A stretch of DNA of 32,000 nucleotides from Geotalea uraniireducens Rf4 (GTDB lineage: Bacteria; Desulfobacterota; Desulfuromonadia; Geobacterales; Geobacteraceae), in contig NC_009483.1 of NCBI RefSeq assembly GCF_000016745.1, positions 4,290,001-4,322,000 of the forward strand, in the 5' to 3' direction. A model generated the notes under the pieces. That model saw only the letters and a list, made by a program, of their open reading frames with translations. It had not been told where the DNA came from and made no database searches. The position numbers and the translations under genes are program-made. Every line of letters begins with the position of its first letter. The first letter of the stretch is position 1. Of this stretch, positions 18,067 through 28,353 are shown piece by piece.

Positions 18067-18651
18067 CTATGCATCTACTACAGGCTCTTCCTTTACCTTG
18101 CCGAGAATGCTTACCACCGATACCGTGGCATCTCCCAATACCTTGATCCCGGGCAGCTCCTTGATATCACCGATATGGAGCGAATGGCCAATGGTCAATT
18201 CCGTCACATCAACATCAATGTGCTCTGGTATGTGCGTGGGGAAACACTCGATCTCGATTTCGTGCATGGCAAAGTCGAGCAGACCGCCTTCCTTTACGCC
18301 AACCGCCGAGCCAACCAGATTAACGGGCACTTTCACCCTGACCTTGTCGGCCATGTTTATCTTGTGCAGATCCACGTGACGCGGGGTCCCCTTAAGACAA
18401 TCCTGGAGAAGTTCGGCAACGATCACCATCTGGCCATCGAGGCCCCCCCCCCCTTTCAGGGTAAGAAGGTGGTTACGCCCCCCCTCACCGGCGATAGCGG
18501 TGCTCAGCTCTTTCGTGCTGAGGGAGACGGGAACGGACTCCATCCCCTTTCCATAAACGACACCGGGAATGAAATTGTTTCTCCTGAGTTGACGGGAGAT
18601 CCCTTTACCGGTCTTGGTTCTCAATTCAACATTCAATACTCTCTCTTCCAT
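18067..18651 (-). CDS. rplY: 50S ribosomal protein L25 / general stress protein Ctc
   Basis: ..[26 protein letters not shown].. Start chosen at ATG 18651 (GGAGGA 4 nt upstream) rather than the listed 18693. Confidence 0.9.
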   Translation of the reverse strand: MEERVLNVELRTKTGKGISRQLRRNNFIPGVVYGKGMESVPVSLSTKELSTAIAGEGGRNHLLTLKGGGGLDGQMVIVAELLQDCLKGTPRHVDLHKINMADKVRVKVPVNLVGSAVGVKEGGLLDFAMHEIEIECFPTHIPEHIDVDVTELTIGHSLHIGDIKELPGIKVLGDATVSVVSILGKVKEEPVVDA

Positions 18652-18710
18652 ACATCCTCCGATGTTAATTGTAATATTAATCAATGTTTCCAAAACTTGA
18701 TGTTACGCGA

Positions 18711-19661
18711 TTATACAAAAAGCGAGCTGACGGACTCATCCTCATGAATACGCCTGATGGCTTCAGCAAGAAGATTAGCCACGGACAGCACCTTGATTTT
18801 TTCGGTTTGATCAGCTTTTTCCCCCAAGGGGATGGTATCGGTAATCACTATTCTTTCAATCACGGAGTTGTTGATCCGCTCAATGGCGGGACCGGAAAGA
18901 ACACCATGAGTGGCGCAGGCATAGATGGTATCGGCGCCGTGCGCTTTCAAGGCATTGGCTGCCTGGGTCAGAGTTCCGGCTGTATCGATCATGTCGTCGA
19001 GAATGATTGCCGTCTTGCCCTTGACGTCGCCGATAAGATGCATGACTTCCGCCACATTGGGAGCGGTACGACGCTTATCGATGACGGCGAGGGTACAGCC
19101 GAGACGCTTGGCAAAGGCCCTGGCCCGCTCGGTACCGCCGGCGTCGGGTGATACCATGACAATTTTGTCATGTTCGTTCGGGAAACGACTTTTCAGATGA
19201 TCGATAATAACCGGCGCCGCATAGAGGTTGTCGACCGGAATATTGAAAAAGCCCTGGATCTGACCGGCATGGAGATCAACGGTAACCACCCGGTCGGCAC
19301 CTGCGGTAGTTATGAGATCGGCCACCAGTTTCGAGGTGATCGGGGTGCGCGGGGCGGCTTTGCGATCCTGACGGGCATAACCGTAATAAGGCATGACCAC
19401 CGTAATAGTGGCGGCAGACGCACGCTTCAGGGCGTCCATCATAATCAGGAGTTCCATCAGGTTATTGTTGGTTGGGGAACAGGTCGACTGGACCACGTAA
19501 ATGTCGCGGCCGCGAACATTCTCCCCTATTTCCACCATGATTTCGCCGTCGGAGAAGGTTTTTACTTTCGCCTGCCCCAAAGGCACTTTAAGGCTGGCGC
19601 AGATTTTTTCTGCCAGAGCCGGGTTGGAATTGCCGCTAAACACCCTGATTTTGTCTTCCAT
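18711..19661 (-). CDS. prs: Ribose-phosphate pyrophosphokinase
   Basis: ..[19 protein letters not shown].., [31 protein letters not shown]. Confidence 0.97.
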   Translation of the reverse strand: MEDKIRVFSGNSNPALAEKICASLKVPLGQAKVKTFSDGEIMVEIGENVRGRDIYVVQSTCSPTNNNLMELLIMMDALKRASAATITVVMPYYGYARQDRKAAPRTPITSKLVADLITTAGADRVVTVDLHAGQIQGFFNIPVDNLYAAPVIIDHLKSRFPNEHDKIVMVSPDAGGTERARAFAKRLGCTLAVIDKRRTAPNVAEVMHLIGDVKGKTAIILDDMIDTAGTLTQAANALKAHGADTIYACATHGVLSGPAIERINNSVIERIVITDTIPLGEKADQTEKIKVLSVANLLAEAIRRIHEDESVSSLFV

Positions 19662-19697
19662 AAGTAACCGCTTCCTCTGTGGCTTTACTGAGTTTTA

Positions 19698-19772
19698 TGG
19701 CTGGGGCGCCAGGGATCGAACCTGGGAATGCCGGAATCAAAATCCGGTGCCTTACCGCTTGGCGACGCCCCA
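19698..19772 (-). tRNA. tRNA-Gln (anticodon TTG), CCA encoded
   Basis: Minus strand reads TGGGGCGTCGCCAAGCGGTAAGGCACCGGATTTTGATTCCGGCATTCCCAGGTTCGATCCCTGGCGCCCCAGCCA. Acceptor TGGGGCG/CGCCCCA; anticodon stem CCGGA/TCCGG with loop TT-TTG-AT; T-arm CCAGG-TTCGATC-CCTGG. Confidence 0.93.
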
Positions 19773-19823
19773 AAATGCAGTGAATTGTGAACCGTGCATG
19801 AATCACTCACGACTCACCGAAGT

Positions 19824-20666
19824 TTATAACGTCTTTACAGCGACTACAAACCAGTTGCTTTCAGCGGCAAGCGTTTCTGCGGCTCGCCTGGCTGCAGCTT
19901 CATCCTTAAAGAGCCCGAAGACCGTCGACCCGCTACCGGACATGAGTGACCCGCAGGCTCCAACCCGAAGTAGCCGCTCTTTGATTTCCTGTATCACGGG
20001 AAATCTGCCGATGGTGACAGACTCGAGATCATTGGCAAGAATTGCGCAAACGTCCTCAATCTTCCCATAGAAGCGAGGAATTATATCGTCATCTTTCATG
20101 GCTGTCAATCGTAAATTTTGGTAAACCCAGCCCGTTGAAACATGGAGATGCGGATTGACAAGCACCAGCCAGACGGGCGATATGGTTTCGACCGCAGTAA
20201 GTTTGTCACCGATCCCCTCGGCCAGAGCCGTCTTTTTAAAAATAAAAAACGGCACATCCGCCCCAAGTTTGACACCTATCTCCATCAACCGTTCATCGGA
20301 GAATCCCAGCCCGAGCAGCTCATTCACCCCCATCAGCACGGTTGCGCCGTCGCTGCTGCCACCGCCGAGGCCTGCCGCCACGGGTATGTTCTTGGTAATA
20401 GCAATATCAAGCCCCACGGCCCTTCCCGAGATTGTGAGCAGTGCATCAGCCGCCCGCCAGGCAATATTGTCCGGCCCGTCAGGCACACCATCCCTGCCGC
20501 AAGTCACCCGCACACCCCGGGTGCCTGAAAGTGCAATTTCGATGTCGTCGCAGAGATCGATGCGCTGCATGATCATGCGCAGGTCATGGTAGCCGTCCGG
20601 CCGCCTGCGCAACACATCCAGGCGGTAATTGACCTTGGCCGGGGCCTTGAGTTTCACTTTCTTCAC
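19824..20666 (-). CDS. ispE: 4-diphosphocytidyl-2-C-methyl-D-erythritol kinase
   Basis: ..[22 protein letters not shown].., [18 protein letters not shown] (GHMP kinase motifs). Confidence 0.93.
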
Positions 20667-20830
20667 GCGTTTATTCCCTCGAAGCCGTTTTCAGAGCAAG
20701 TAAATTTATCTAAATCAATTCAGACGATAAATCAAGGAGAAAAACCTCCCATCCCCCTTCCCCATGTCGTGTAATACTCTGAACCACCGCGTTTCCATCA
20801 CCATCACACCTAATACACCGTAACAAACGA

Positions 20831-20868
20831 ATGAGAAAAGGGGCACATTTCTGCGCCCCTTTTCTCAT
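20831..20868 (-). terminator. Terminator hairpin after the carbonic anhydrase gene (14-bp perfect arms)
   Basis: ATGAGAAAAGGGGC (20831-20844) ... GCCCCTTTTCTCAT (20855-20868). Confidence 0.75.
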
Positions 20869-20888
20869 GAAACCATCAGTTCTTCCGG

Positions 20889-21587
20889 TTACGGAAGCAG
20901 ACTGACAACCCCTGTGCTGAGGTCGTACTTGGCCTTGACGATTTTGACCTTGCCATGCTCCACAAATTCCTTGACGATCGGTGAATTGGCTTCGATGGAT
21001 TCGGTAACCTTATTTACGTTTTCCACTATGCACTCTTCAACGACCTCATCCTTGGTGCCGGACGGTTTTGTTGCAAGGACAGCAGTCACGGCCGGGTCAA
21101 TGGCCTTAACAAGGCTGTCGATATTTTTCTCCGGCATGGCGCCGGTCACGTGAGCATCATAGGTGGCTGTAACAGCTCCACACTTCGAGTGACCGAGCAC
21201 CATGATCAGAGAAGCCCCCAGATGTTCGACGCCGTACTCTATACTCCCCAGAAGCTCGCTGGCAGTAGCGATATTCCCGGCGACCCTTGCCACAAAAATT
21301 TCACCAAGCCCCTTGTCGAAGAGAATTTCGGGCGGAACGCGGGAATCGGAACAGGTGAGGATGATTGCATAGGGATGCTGGCCGGCTACAAGAGCAGCCC
21401 GGCGGCTGACCGTCGACATATGCTCCAGGTTGTCGAGGTCACCTTTGACGAAATGCCTGTTGCCGTCCATCAAGAGACGCAGAGCCTGGTCCGGCGTAAC
21501 GGCAGTTGTAGCGGTGGTAGATGCCAGGGCAAGGCTGCCCGACAGGAGTGCTCCAACCAGAGCGAGAACAGCGGTAAACTTCTTCAT
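20889..21587 (-). CDS. Beta-class carbonic anhydrase with N-terminal signal peptide
   Basis: MKKFTAVLALVGALLSGSLALA signal, then CSDSRVPPE and GHSKCGAV zinc-ligand motifs. Start at ATG 21587. Confidence 0.85.
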   Translation of the reverse strand: MKKFTAVLALVGALLSGSLALASTTATTAVTPDQALRLLMDGNRHFVKGDLDNLEHMSTVSRRAALVAGQHPYAIILTCSDSRVPPEILFDKGLGEIFVARVAGNIATASELLGSIEYGVEHLGASLIMVLGHSKCGAVTATYDAHVTGAMPEKNIDSLVKAIDPAVTAVLATKPSGTKDEVVEECIVENVNKVTESIEANSPIVKEFVEHGKVKIVKAKYDLSTGVVSLLP

Positions 21588-21771
21588 ACATAACCCCCAC
21601 AAAATGAATTAAATTTTCCCAAAGCGGAAAACTGCGGGGGAATGTATACAGAAAGCAAACATTAATCAAGCAAAATATATATAAAATTTTTTAACCTTCC
21701 ATTGAAAGCATACCTTCTACCCTTACTACCCTGAGCACATCCCCTTCAATGTCGACCACCCTCACCCGATC

Positions 21772-22485
21772 TCACGTTCTTTGAACGGGAGATCGTTGCC
21801 GCTCTCTTTCGCCAAATATGGCTGAACCGACCCGGACGAGGGTCGCCCCCTCTGCGATCGCCACCTCGAAATCTCCCGACATCCCCATGGAGAGCTCGGT
21901 CATTTCCACTTTGAGAATACGTTCCGCTGCAACAAGCTCAGAGAGCCGCTTCAACTCTCTGAAATATGGTCGCGCCCCTTCCGGGTCGTCAAAAAAGGGG
22001 GGCATGGTCATAAGCCCTTTTATTCGCAGATGGGGCAACGCGGCAACATTACGCACCAGCCCGAGCACATCCGCAGAGTTCGCCCCGCACTTGCTGGCTT
22101 CGCAGGCAATGTTCACCTGAATCAACACATTGCATGTTTTTCCCAGCCGCCCCCACTGCCGGTCAATCTCCCGGGCAAGGGACAGCCGGTCCACGGAATG
22201 AATCATCTCCACCAAACCGGCGATCTGCCGCACTTTGTTGGACTGGAGACCGCCGATAAAATGCCAGGCTACCGATTCCGAGACTTGCGCCGCCTTGGTC
22301 ACCAGCTCCTGCACATAGTTCTCGCCGAAGAGTCGCTGCCCACTCCTGGCTGCATCGTCAACGGCTGAAGCATCCCGGGTCTTGGACACGGCCACGAGGA
22401 GCACGGAAGCGGGATCACGGCCGGCTTTCAGGGCTGCGGCTGCTATTCTTTCGTGAATGAATTTGAGATTATCGGCAATGAACAT
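21772..22485 (-). CDS. yggS: YggS-family pyridoxal-phosphate homeostasis protein
   Basis: ..LVAVSKT.., FGENYVQE, HFIGGLQSNK, MGMSGDFE. Confidence 0.93.
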   Translation of the reverse strand: MFIADNLKFIHERIAAAALKAGRDPASVLLVAVSKTRDASAVDDAARSGQRLFGENYVQELVTKAAQVSESVAWHFIGGLQSNKVRQIAGLVEMIHSVDRLSLAREIDRQWGRLGKTCNVLIQVNIACEASKCGANSADVLGLVRNVAALPHLRIKGLMTMPPFFDDPEGARPYFRELKRLSELVAAERILKVEMTELSMGMSGDFEVAIAEGATLVRVGSAIFGERERQRSPVQRT

Positions 22486-22500
22486 ACGTTAGAGACCCAC

Positions 22501-22561
22501 CACAGACACTGAGGCGCAGAGAAACCGTAAAAGCCCATGTGGTTTCCTCTGCGTCTCTGTG
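22501..22561. other. Imperfect intergenic stem-loop between maf and yggS (no U-tract)
   Basis: CACAGA..CGCAGAGAAACC (22501-22526) pairs with GGTTTcCTCTGCG..TCTGTG (22541-22561). Confidence 0.5.
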
Positions 22562-22584
22562 CTGCTTGATAAAAAATTCAATTA

Positions 22585-23169
22585 TTACTCGATCGCACCC
22601 ATTCTTCGCAGCGCATCAACCACCTCGCACAGCGGCAGCCCGACCACGTTGGAATAGGACCCCTCGATCTTCTGCACCATGTAGGCTGCGCCTCCCTGGA
22701 TGGCGTAAGCCCCGGCCTTGTCAAACGGGCAACCGGTTGCAATATATGCCCGAATTTCCTCGTCGCGTAAATGCTTGAAATAAACCCTGGTCCTGACAGC
22801 GTCGGTAATTACACCGTCGCGCTCTTTGTCGTAAACGGCAAATCCGGTGACAACCTCATGGGGAATACCGGAAAGCTTATTGAGCATCCGCTCCGCATCG
22901 GCAGAATCCTTCGGCTTTCCCATAATCTCACCTTCACAGACGACGATGGTATCAGCCCCGATGTAAAAGCGGCCTCCGGACTTTCGCGCCACATCCTCGG
23001 CCTTGGCCCGGGCAAGCCGCACCACATGGTCTTCCGGTGTCTCGCCCGAAAGAAGACCCTCATCCACATCGCCGGCTACCACCTCGAACTCGATGCCGGC
23101 CGAACTGAGCAACTCCACCCGTCGGGGAGAAGCCGAAGCCAGGATTATATTACTTTTTGCCTGCATCAT
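22585..23169 (-). CDS. maf: Maf-family nucleoside triphosphate pyrophosphatase
   Basis: IILASASPRRVELLSSAGI.., GADTIV, GKP, GAYAIQG. Confidence 0.93.
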   Translation of the reverse strand: MMQAKSNIILASASPRRVELLSSAGIEFEVVAGDVDEGLLSGETPEDHVVRLARAKAEDVARKSGGRFYIGADTIVVCEGEIMGKPKDSADAERMLNKLSGIPHEVVTGFAVYDKERDGVITDAVRTRVYFKHLRDEEIRAYIATGCPFDKAGAYAIQGGAAYMVQKIEGSYSNVVGLPLCEVVDALRRMGAIE

Positions 23170-23440
23170 GGCGCGCCCGCTCCTTTCTCTCCCGCTCCTT
23201 CATCTCGTAGAACAATTTTAACTTCTCTTGCTCCTCCCAGTGCTTTTTCCAGTCCTTCTTCCGAACGAAATGGAGTAGCACTGCCCCGCCGACAATCATC
23301 ACCCCAAAGAAGATCTGGGTCGGCTGTCCGGTTTGCAAGCCGGAACCAAGGGAAAAGAGCCCCATGAGGATGAGCAGCGCCTCCAGGGAAAAGAGCCTGC
23401 CGATGACCGATATTTCCTGTTTTTCCTTGTCCTTGTCCAT
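23150..23440 (-). CDS. Hypothetical small membrane protein (2 TM segments, highly charged C-terminal tail)
   Basis: 96 aa. AAGGGGAAG lies upstream of ATG 23440. The 3' end overlaps the maf start by 20 nt. No family recognised. Confidence 0.5.
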   Translation of the reverse strand: MDKDKEKQEISVIGRLFSLEALLILMGLFSLGSGLQTGQPTQIFFGVMIVGGAVLLHFVRKKDWKKHWEEQEKLKLFYEMKERERKERARHDAGKK

Positions 23441-23451
23441 GTCTTCCCCTT

Positions 23452-23498
23452 GTAGGGGCGGGGACTCCCCGCCCTGGGCACGAAAACCGCGCCCCTAC
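23452..23498. repeat. GC-rich hairpin closed by GTAGGGGCG / CGCCCCTAC (REP-like), second copy in the window
   Basis: GTAGGGGCG at 23452-23460 and CGCCCCTAC at 23490-23498. Internal alternative hairpin GGGCGGGG-act-CCCCGCCC. It overlaps the trmFO stop codon (23495-23497). Confidence 0.8.
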
Positions 23499-24802
23499 AG
23501 CGTATTCATCCACCCGTCCAGTTCAGTCAGTGCCCGTTCTGCAAGTTTAGCACGCTTTTCTTTCTTCTTCACCCTGCCGGCGAGGTCGGGAAAGAGGCCA
23601 TAATTGATGTTCATCGGCTGAAAATGCTTTGCCGGGGCCGAAGTGATATGGTTCACCAGCGCACCCAGCGCCGTGACGGATGGCGGCACGATCAGCGCCT
23701 CTCCTTTTGCCAGCCGAGCCCCGTTCAAGCCGGCAAGAAATCCGCTCGCCGCAGATTCCACATACCCCTCTACGCCGGTGATCTGTCCGGCAAAGAGGAT
23801 GCGTGGCTCCCGCTTCAACTGAAATGTTGACAAAAGAAGCTGCGGTGCGTTGATGAAGGTATTGCGGTGCATGGAACCGAGCCTGACGAACTCGGCTTTC
23901 CCCAGTCCCGGTATCGTTCTGAAGATGCGCTGCTGCTCGGGGTAGGTGAGCTTGGTCTGGAAACCGACCAGGTTGAACAGGGTCCCCTCGCGGTTTTCCT
24001 GCCGAAGCTGCACCACCGCGTGCGGCTCGATGCCCGTACGGGGATCGATGAGACCTACCGGCTTCATTGGCCCGAAACGCAAGGTGTCGAGGCCGCGCTC
24101 CGCCATTTCCTCGATCGGCATACACCCTTCAAAGTGTACCACTTTTTCAAACTCTTTCGCGGCGACCTTCTCCGCGGCGAGTAGCGCCGCAATAAATGCC
24201 TTGTATTCAGCCTCATCCAGCGGACAGTTCAGGTAATCATCACCGTCTCCCTTTCCATAGCGGGAGGCGCGAAAGGCCTTGGACAGGTCGATGGAATCGG
24301 ACGTGACGATAGGAGCAATGGCATCATAGAAATAAAGGTAATCCCCCGTATACTTGCCGATGCTCGCAGCCAGCGCATCGCTGGTCAAAGGACCGGAAGC
24401 CACGATCACCGTGCCGTCAGCCGGAATCTCCGCAACCTCGCCATGCACCACCTCGATCAGGGGGTGATTCTCGATTTTGTCAGTTATGAATGCTGAAAAG
24501 AGCCCGCGATCCACGGCCAGAGCGCCACCGGCAGGCACGCGGGTGGCAAGGGCAGCCTCCATGAACAGAGAGCCGAGCCGTCTCAGTTCTTCTTTCAGGA
24601 GCCCGACCGCGTTTTCCAGTGACTCGCCGCGCAACGAGTTGGAGCAGACCAGTTCAGCCAGGCCGGGCAGGTGATGAGCGGGAGAGTATTTCTCCGGCTT
24701 CATCTCGTGGAGGGTCACGGCCACACCGCGCCCGGCAGCCTGCCAAGCCGCTTCGCAACCGGCAAGACCGGCGCCGATAATTGTCAGTTTTTCCTTAATC
24801 AT
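23495..24802 (-). CDS. trmFO: Methylenetetrahydrofolate--tRNA-(uracil-5-)-methyltransferase (Gid)
   Basis: ..[18 protein letters not shown].. FAD fold, 435 aa counted from ATG 24802. Confidence 0.93.
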   Translation of the reverse strand: MIKEKLTIIGAGLAGCEAAWQAAGRGVAVTLHEMKPEKYSPAHHLPGLAELVCSNSLRGESLENAVGLLKEELRRLGSLFMEAALATRVPAGGALAVDRGLFSAFITDKIENHPLIEVVHGEVAEIPADGTVIVASGPLTSDALAASIGKYTGDYLYFYDAIAPIVTSDSIDLSKAFRASRYGKGDGDDYLNCPLDEAEYKAFIAALLAAEKVAAKEFEKVVHFEGCMPIEEMAERGLDTLRFGPMKPVGLIDPRTGIEPHAVVQLRQENREGTLFNLVGFQTKLTYPEQQRIFRTIPGLGKAEFVRLGSMHRNTFINAPQLLLSTFQLKREPRILFAGQITGVEGYVESAASGFLAGLNGARLAKGEALIVPPSVTALGALVNHITSAPAKHFQPMNINYGLFPDLAGRVKKKEKRAKLAERALTELDGWMNTL

Positions 24803-24814
24803 TCGTTGCACCCA

Positions 24815-24843
24815 CAAAAAAGCGGGATCAAAAAATCCCGCTT
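24815..24843 (-). terminator. Rho-independent terminator of topA
   Basis: Minus strand reads AAGCGGGAT-tttttg-ATCCCGCTT followed by TTTTGTG. Confidence 0.8.
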
Positions 24844-24909
24844 AAGAATCAAAGTTTGACCGTTTACCGAATTTGGACTATCCCCATCCGGCAGCGGCAA
24901 TCGGAACAC

Positions 24910-27180
24910 TTACTTCTCTTTCCCGCCTTCCTTGTAATCGCACCCCTCTTTCGGGCATTTGAGGAACTCCCCTTCCCGCTTGTAAACCTTCTTCACCAGG
25001 AGCGGAAAACCGCACTTGGGGCAGGGCTTTTCCACGGGGAGGTCCCAGAGGGCGAACTTGCACTGGGGATAACGGTTGCAGGAATAGAACATCTTGCCGT
25101 AGCGGGATTTTTTTTCGGTCAATTCCCCCTCGCCGCACTCCACGCACTTGATGCCGGTCCCCTTCGGCTTGACCAGCGGCTGGATGTTCTTGCAGGCGGG
25201 ATAGGCTGAGCAGGCCAGGTATTTGCCGAACCGTCCTTCCTTGATCAGCATCTGGCTGCCGCACTTGTCGCATTTTTCCTCGGAAATGACCGGCTCGGCA
25301 ACATCTTTCTTGTCCTTGTCCAGAGGGCGGATATACTTGCACTCCGGATAGCCGGAACAGGCAAAAAACTTGCCGAACTTGCCGAGTTTTACCACCAGAG
25401 GCTTGCTGCACTCCGGGCAGATCTCGTCGGTAGCTTCGGTGGTGAGATCGGACTTGTTGACCTCTCCTTCCTTCTGCTTGAGCAACGTCTGGAAAGGTTC
25501 CCAGAAGTCATGGAGAAGCGGCTTCCATTTCTTTTCACCTCGCGATACCCGATCCAGCTCCTCTTCCAGCGAAGCGGTAAAATTGTAGTCAACGTACTTG
25601 GTAAAATGGTTTACCAGCAGTTCGCTGACCACCATCCCCACATCTTCGGGAAAGAAGCGTTTCTTGTCGAGACGGGCATATTTACGCTCCACGAGCGTAT
25701 TCATGATGCTGGCATAGGTGGAGGGGCGGCCGATGCCGTATTCCTCAAGGGTCTTGACCAGGGTTGCCTCGGTATAGCGGGGAGGCGGCTGGGTAAAGTG
25801 CTGTTCTGGAAGCAATTCCTTAAGTTTCAACGGGTCACCTTCATTGAGCGGCGGCAGCACCCCTTCCTTCTCCTCCGTCTCGTCGTCAACCCCCTCGATG
25901 TAGAGCTTCATGAAGCCGGGAAAACGGATCACGGTTCCAGCTGCCCTGAACTTGTAACCTTCGCCGGCGCCGATGTCCACCGAGGTCTGATCCAGGAGCG
26001 CCTCGGCCATCTGACAGGCAACGGTCCGCTTCCAGATCAGGTCGTAGAGCTTGAACTGGTCCGAAGAGAGAAACTTTTTCAGCTCAACGGGGGTCTTGCA
26101 GATGTAGGTGGGGCGTATCGCCTCATGGGCCTCCTGGGCGTTTTTCGCCTTGTTCTTGAAGAACCTCGGCTTCGCCAGGGCATATTCCTTTCCGTAGAGG
26201 CTGGTGATAACCTCGTGGGCTTCGTCGAGGGCCTGCTGGGAGAGAACCACGCTGTCGGTACGCATATAGGTGATGAGACCGACCGTCCCCTCCCCCACAT
26301 CGATTCCCTCGTAGAGCTTCTGGGCAATGGACATGGTCTTCTTGGCGGAGAAGCCGAGTTTGCGCGCCGCCTCCTGCTGCAAGGTGGAGGTGGTAAAGGG
26401 GGGCGAGGGCTGCCGCTTGCGCTCGCTTCTGGTTACCTTGTCAACCTGATAGCTCCCATTGGCGAGAATTTCCGTCAGCCGTTCTGCGGCCGCCTTGTCG
26501 GGGATGCCGAATTTGCCGAGCTTTTGTCCCTCAGCTTCCACCAGGTTGGCGGTGACATTCTGCTGCGCACCGGTTGCCAGCTGGGCGGCAATGGTCCAGT
26601 ACTCCTGTTCCGTGAAGGCCTGGATCTCCTTTTCCCGTTCGCAGACCAGGCGCAAAGCAACCGATTGGACACGCCCGGCGGATAGGCCGTAGCGAATCTT
26701 TTTCCAGAGAAACGGCGAAAGATTGAAACCGACCAGATAATCGAGCACAGAGCGAGCCTGCTGGGCGTCCACCAGCTCATGGGAAATGCTGCGAGGATTC
26801 TCAACGGCGTGTATAATGGCGCCTTTGGTAATCTCATGGAACACGACCCGCTTGATGTCGATGGCCGGCTTCTTTTTATCCAGTCCCAGCGCCGCCAGGA
26901 GGTGCCAGGAGATCGCCTCCCCTTCACGGTCGGGGTCAGTCGCCAGGAGCAGGGAATCGGAGTTCTTCAACTCTTTCTTGATAGCATCGATATGTTTTTT
27001 ACTCTCGGGGAGGACCGCATATTTCGGTTCGAAATCATGCTCGATATCCACCGATCCCTGCTTGCTGGGCAACGCCCGGACATGGCCGAAAGAGGCGAGC
27101 ACCTTGTAATCCGTACCGAGAAACTTTTCAATGGTCTTGGCCTTGGCCGGAGATTCAACTATGACTAGATGTCGTGGCAT
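24910..27180 (-). CDS. topA: DNA topoisomerase I with four C-terminal Cys4 zinc ribbons
   Basis: MPRHLVIVESPAKAKTIEKFLG.. TOPRIM, ..ITYMRTDS.. active-site Tyr region, and four CxxC..CxxC repeats. Confidence 0.97.
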   Translation of the reverse strand: MPRHLVIVESPAKAKTIEKFLGTDYKVLASFGHVRALPSKQGSVDIEHDFEPKYAVLPESKKHIDAIKKELKNSDSLLLATDPDREGEAISWHLLAALGLDKKKPAIDIKRVVFHEITKGAIIHAVENPRSISHELVDAQQARSVLDYLVGFNLSPFLWKKIRYGLSAGRVQSVALRLVCEREKEIQAFTEQEYWTIAAQLATGAQQNVTANLVEAEGQKLGKFGIPDKAAAERLTEILANGSYQVDKVTRSERKRQPSPPFTTSTLQQEAARKLGFSAKKTMSIAQKLYEGIDVGEGTVGLITYMRTDSVVLSQQALDEAHEVITSLYGKEYALAKPRFFKNKAKNAQEAHEAIRPTYICKTPVELKKFLSSDQFKLYDLIWKRTVACQMAEALLDQTSVDIGAGEGYKFRAAGTVIRFPGFMKLYIEGVDDETEEKEGVLPPLNEGDPLKLKELLPEQHFTQPPPRYTEATLVKTLEEYGIGRPSTYASIMNTLVERKYARLDKKRFFPEDVGMVVSELLVNHFTKYVDYNFTASLEEELDRVSRGEKKWKPLLHDFWEPFQTLLKQKEGEVNKSDLTTEATDEICPECSKPLVVKLGKFGKFFACSGYPECKYIRPLDKDKKDVAEPVISEEKCDKCGSQMLIKEGRFGKYLACSAYPACKNIQPLVKPKGTGIKCVECGEGELTEKKSRYGKMFYSCNRYPQCKFALWDLPVEKPCPKCGFPLLVKKVYKREGEFLKCPKEGCDYKEGGKEK

Positions 27181-27222
27181 ATGTTCACCGATAATTAAGT
27201 TGGTTTCAATTTGATTGTCAGG

Positions 27223-28308
27223 CTATGTGATGGCAAAATGCTTGCCCGGAAGCTGCATTACAGCCCCTTTCAGCTCCAGGCGGAGTAAAATAGCGGAAAC
27301 GTCTCCCACTGTCAATTCACTTTTGACGATGATATCGTCGATATGAAGCGGCGATTCGGCAAGCAAGGTATAAATGCCCGCCTCCTGCGGTGTCAGACTG
27401 AAACTCGGCAAAGGGTCGGCATGTGCAACAACCTTGGACCGTTGCGGCAATTCCTCCAGGATGTCCTCCACCCCATCGACCAGCTTGGCTCCCTGCTTGA
27501 TCAGCTGGTTGGTTCCCCGGCTGCCGCTGCTGTTGATATTGCCGGGGATGGCAAAAACCTCGCGCCCCTGGTCCAGGGCGTAACGTGCAGTGATGAGCGA
27601 GCCGCTGTTCTGCACTGCCTCAACCACCAGCACTCCCCGGGAAATGCCGCTGATAATCCGATTGCGGCGGGGGAAATTCTCCGCCAGCGGGGTCGTCCCC
27701 ATGGGAAACTCGGAAACGAGCGCCCCCTTTTCGGCCATTTCTTTAAAAAGCCGCTGGTTTTCCGGCGGATACACGACATCGATACCGCACCCCAGCACAC
27801 CGATGCTCCTGCCCCCGGCCTTCAGTGCTCCTCGATGGGCAGCCGTGTCTACCCCCCGGGCCATGCCGGAAACCACCGTTACGCCGTGCAGAGCCAGTTC
27901 CCCGGCCAGGCGTTCTGTCGTCACCAACCCGTATGTCGAGGCACGACGGGATCCGACAATGGCAACGGCGTCTTCCACCCCATGCAACTCTCCCCGAACA
28001 TAAAGAAATGGCGGCGGATCGGAAATCTCCAACAGGACCTTCGGATACTCCGTAGCGAGAAAATCGACAACCTTCACGCCGTGCCGCGCCACCGCCTCGG
28101 ATTCCCGCTCGGCGAAGGGACGGTAATCATGGGTCAGAATGGAGGCTGCAGCGGCGGCACTGACACCTTTCACAGTGGACAGTTCTGAGGCTGACGCCTT
28201 AAGCGCCCGCTCCGGTGTGTCAAAGCGCTCCAGGAGGCGACGGAACGTCACATTCCCAACCAAAGGGATTGATTTCAAGGCAAACCAGTAATAATGGTCC
28301 ATGATCAA
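27223..28308 (-). CDS. dprA: DNA-processing protein DprA (Smf)
   Basis: ..VVSGMARGVDTAAHRGAL..GVLGCGIDVVYPPEN.., FPRRNRIISG. Confidence 0.93.
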   Translation of the reverse strand: MIMDHYYWFALKSIPLVGNVTFRRLLERFDTPERALKASASELSTVKGVSAAAAASILTHDYRPFAERESEAVARHGVKVVDFLATEYPKVLLEISDPPPFLYVRGELHGVEDAVAIVGSRRASTYGLVTTERLAGELALHGVTVVSGMARGVDTAAHRGALKAGGRSIGVLGCGIDVVYPPENQRLFKEMAEKGALVSEFPMGTTPLAENFPRRNRIISGISRGVLVVEAVQNSGSLITARYALDQGREVFAIPGNINSSGSRGTNQLIKQGAKLVDGVEDILEELPQRSKVVAHADPLPSFSLTPQEAGIYTLLAESPLHIDDIIVKSELTVGDVSAILLRLELKGAVMQLPGKHFAIT

Positions 28309-28310
28309 TA

Positions 28311-28345
28311 AAAAAAGGGACCGGCCTGGAAGGCCGTCCCTTTTT
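28311..28345 (-). terminator. Terminator hairpin after the LysM gene
   Basis: GGGAcCGGCC-tggaa-GGCCGTCCC flanked by A6 and T5. Confidence 0.7.
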
Positions 28346-28353
28346 CAGCGCTG

